A stretch of DNA of 64,000 nt from Heteronotia binoei (taxonomy: Eukaryota): the NCBI RefSeq assembly GCF_032191835.1, contig NC_083236.1:34162001-34226000 (forward strand). Reading direction: 5' to 3'. The position numbers and the translations under genes were made by a program. The notes beneath the pieces are model-generated. The model saw only the letters and a list, made by a program, of their open reading frames with translations, did not search any database and was not told the origin of the DNA. Positions 61,017 to 64,000 of the stretch are shown here, in pieces; position 1 is the first letter of the stretch; the number at the start of each line of letters is the position of its first letter.

Positions 61017-62794
61017 TCTCTCTTGGTCAGTTGTAATTCTGGGAGATCTCCAAGCCCCATCTGGAGGTTTGCAGCTCTAGCAACTGGCCTTCTTGGTGAA
61101 CAACTGCTGGGCATCCTGGCTCCCATTTTAGAAATCTGAAGACCCTCTTTGGGAGATCAGCAATGTTATTTATTTAGGAATTTTTTAATGCTGCCTCTCT
61201 TGAGACCTGCTGGAGGTGGCTTACAAGAAAAAAGGATTAATCTATTTTTGTTTGCCATACAGAGCATGGAGCCTGTCATGCAGTTTTTCCCCTTTCCACA
61301 GACAGATTGTGTAGTATCTGCCTGCCTGCTCCCATATTTGTTGCCTGGTCACTAGGCAGAAATACACAGTGCAATCCTAAACATGTATACTCAGAAGTCA
61401 ATGGAACTTAAGTGTGCTTAGGTTTGCAACCACAGGTTCATGATTCAGGTTTCATGCCTTGCCCACATCTGGCTGTATTTTCACAAGTTCCAACCTTTTG
61501 TCCTTTTTTATGATAGTGACTAGTTCCCATCATTCTTTGAGATAGATTTTTGTTTTGCCAGTATTAGCATCTTTCCCATATTTAAGAATGAAACTCTGAT
61601 GCCCCAAAAATTTACATTTCAGATCCGGGGGGGGGGGGGGGGGTGTCAAGAAAAATGTCCTTTTTGGTGTTATCTTACTGTTGTGCTTAGGCTTTATGGA
61701 GATTTCTTGCCTACATCCACCTCAATACCTGCCATGTAAATACCATCTTGTGCTATTCCTTATCAATGAACAACATAAATGTATTCTGTAACAAGCAGCG
61801 GTGTGGGGTGTGTCCCCCAGAAGATAGAAAGGTTGAAAACAATTATTCCATCTTATCTACCACAATTTTATCCTGATTTTCCTTCAAGGAGCTAAGGTGG
61901 CATCCATATTTCTCCATCTTATTCTCGCAACAGACTTGGGCAGTAAGTTAGGTTAGGAGAATGATTGGCCAAAGCTTACCCAGAGCTAATGTCAGCTAGA
62001 TGAATTGTTGGGCTGGTCCAACGGGGAGATCCTTGAGGATTTGACAGCAGTTTTTATCATCTTGAGACAACAGAAGAAGGAGTTTAATCCATGCTTGATT
62101 CCAAAGCCATTCTACAAACTCAAGCTTGTGCAGAGGCAAACCCAAATTTGCTACCATGTGTACACTTAACAAGGAGTTGCAGCCCAATCAAATCACCTTG
62201 ATGAGAAATACTTGCATGTTACATGTGTTTGTAACAGCATCAGCCACACCTGGCTCAAGGATTTTGAAAGTCTGCAGGCAAGAATCTCTTCTCACATGAG
62301 AATATGAAGTGACTTTATACTGAATCAGACCATTGGTCCATCACGGTCAGTATTTTCTACTCAAACTGGCAGCAGCTCTCCAAGGTCTGAAAATATCACC
62401 TACCATCAGACTTTTCATTGGGAAGGTGAATTTAACTTGGTCAAAAAAAAAAAACAAACCCCAAACAAGGCACAAGGTTATAAATTACTGGAAAATTGAT
62501 ATAGTAAATGCTTTTTAGAAAGTGTACAAAGATACAAAAATAGAAACATTCACAAAATGTAAACAATACATGTGTATAACAATCTCATAATTCCACAAGG
62601 CTCGTGCATGAACCGCAAACAAGCGGACTCAAGAATCTCCAATATATATCTCAAAACCCACTGCAACTCCCACAAATGTCATAGGATCCAGTTCATATTT
62701 CAAAAGTGGCAAGTGGGTAAAGAAGCAGCAAAAGACCCCCGCACGTTCCAATGCGGGACCACATGCTGGAGCCGGCTGTTTCACTGGTCAGCTT

Positions 62795-62871
62795 GTTGGA
62801 CATTCAAATCGGGGTAACTCTGCTTCAATCAGTTGGACATTCAAATCGGGGTAACTCTGCTTCAATCAGTT
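62795..62871. repeat. 37-bp perfect tandem duplication
   Basis: GTTGGACATTCAAATCGGGGTAACTCTGCTTCAATCA at 62795 and 62832. Confidence 0.95.
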
Positions 62872-63727
62872 TATAGAATATTTCTTGCCATGAGTCCTGG
62901 AATGTTGGCTCCTTTTAACTTGGTGGCATGAAGAAGAGCAGTTTTACAAGCACACGAACATACATGCGCACGAACATATAAACAACATACGTAGATCCAG
63001 GGTGAGTCTATGCTCACCTCAGGTTAAATCTTCCCTCCCACACTACCAGTGACTTGGAGGACATTAGTAAAGGCTGCCTCTTAGCAAATTCAAAGAGCAG
63101 GGTTTCCCAATTACTTGAGCTCTTCCCCTGTGCAGAATCTGTGATCACAAGCAAGTAATTAAGGCACATGAGGGGGAGTTTGAAACACAGACTGCTCTCT
63201 GAATCAGGAAAACTTCATTGCTGCCGGTTAAGCTAGAGCATAAGACAAGGGAAATAATGCCTACTGGTTTACAGATCTAAGAAAAAAAACAGGAAAAATA
63301 ATCTTATACCATTTCTATTGCATTGTTTTCAGTTTTGTAACTCGCCATGAGTCTCAGTGAGAAAGGAGGATTATTTAACAAATTAAATCTGGAAGGTTTG
63401 GGATGAACAAAATGAGAATTCTGTAGCACTGCCTCTGACATATTTAAGAGCTCCATGCAAAATGAGAATACTGGAAACATTTAAGACAGAGGTGGACCCA
63501 CCACACATCTTGGGGCACAGGAAAATGACTGCGCTGACTGCCTTTGAGCTAGCCTGGGATTACTTATGCACCTGCCCTCTGCATTCTTAGGACTATGTGA
63601 CAGGGAGTAATAGTTGAATTTTTATGTTGGTACTACCACTGAGAAGGCCCTTTTCTGGATACTATCACCTTCCTGCTGACAGCAGGGGCACCCAGCATGT
63701 GCCTTCCACACAATAATTTAACAAATG

Positions 63728-63954
63728 CTGGGGTTTATATGTACCACCCTCCAGGTGGTAGCTGGAGATTTCCCACTATTACAACTGATCTCCAGATGAC
63801 AGAGATCTGTTCATCTGGAGAAAATGGCTGCTTTGGAAGATGGAGTCTATGGTATTATGCCTCACTGAAGTCCATCTCCTCCCCAAACCCTGCCATCCTC
63901 AAGCTCCACTCCTAAAATCTTCAGGTATTTCCCAACCTGGAGCTGGCAACCCTA
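63728..63954. mobile_element. hAT-like non-autonomous element (...GGCAACCCTA terminus)
   Basis: Shares internal blocks with fragments at about 6490-6722, 11440-11590, 44020-44220, 53545-54200, 59120-59320 and 60090-60236. Confidence 0.6.
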
Positions 63955-64000
63955 TTTATATGGAAGAAGGTGTGATAGGGATGATTTTTTATATACTATG

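Noticed and set aside
60876-61139. ORFs antisense to or overlapping CR1, L2 and BovB copies
   Set aside because: All are translations of TE fragments or their antisense strands, not host genes.
62795-62871. 37-bp direct repeats as a CRISPR array
   Set aside because: Two adjacent copies without a spacer, in a vertebrate intron.
59912-64000. Next HSF4 exon (YGFRKV...)
   Set aside because: No matching phase-1 exon found; it probably lies beyond the window edge.

Overview
Vertebrate genomic window, not prokaryotic. The SINE/LINE repertoire (Squam3-like SINEs, BovB, CR1, L2) points to a squamate, most likely a gecko; this is an inference. It carries the TRADD(-) / FBXL8(+) / HSF4(+) block, in the same order and orientation as human 16q22.1. 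TRADD is complete: 4 coding exons, 927 nt, 308 aa, all GT-AG with consistent phases. FBXL8 is complete: 2 coding exons, 1134 nt, 377 aa. HSF4 is represented by its first two coding exons and runs off the right edge. Much of the rest is transposon-derived: a full-length 3.2-kb BovB with a 12-bp TSD and four disabling lesions, CR1 and L2 fragments, tRNA-, 5S- and Meta-domain SINEs, and many non-autonomous hAT elements with 8-bp TSDs. I found no new protein family or multi-gene system. The best novel lead is a fold-back MITE in the FBXL8 intron that contains a branch point, acceptor and donor bounding a stop-free, in-frame 189-nt cassette exon. Other leads are a GC-rich double-palindrome hAT and a GAS/IRF/kB cluster in TRADD intron 1, an apparently split TRADD/FBXL8 promoter, and several local templated duplications. 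All alignments and counts were done by eye; TE family names come from recalled consensus features, not database searches.
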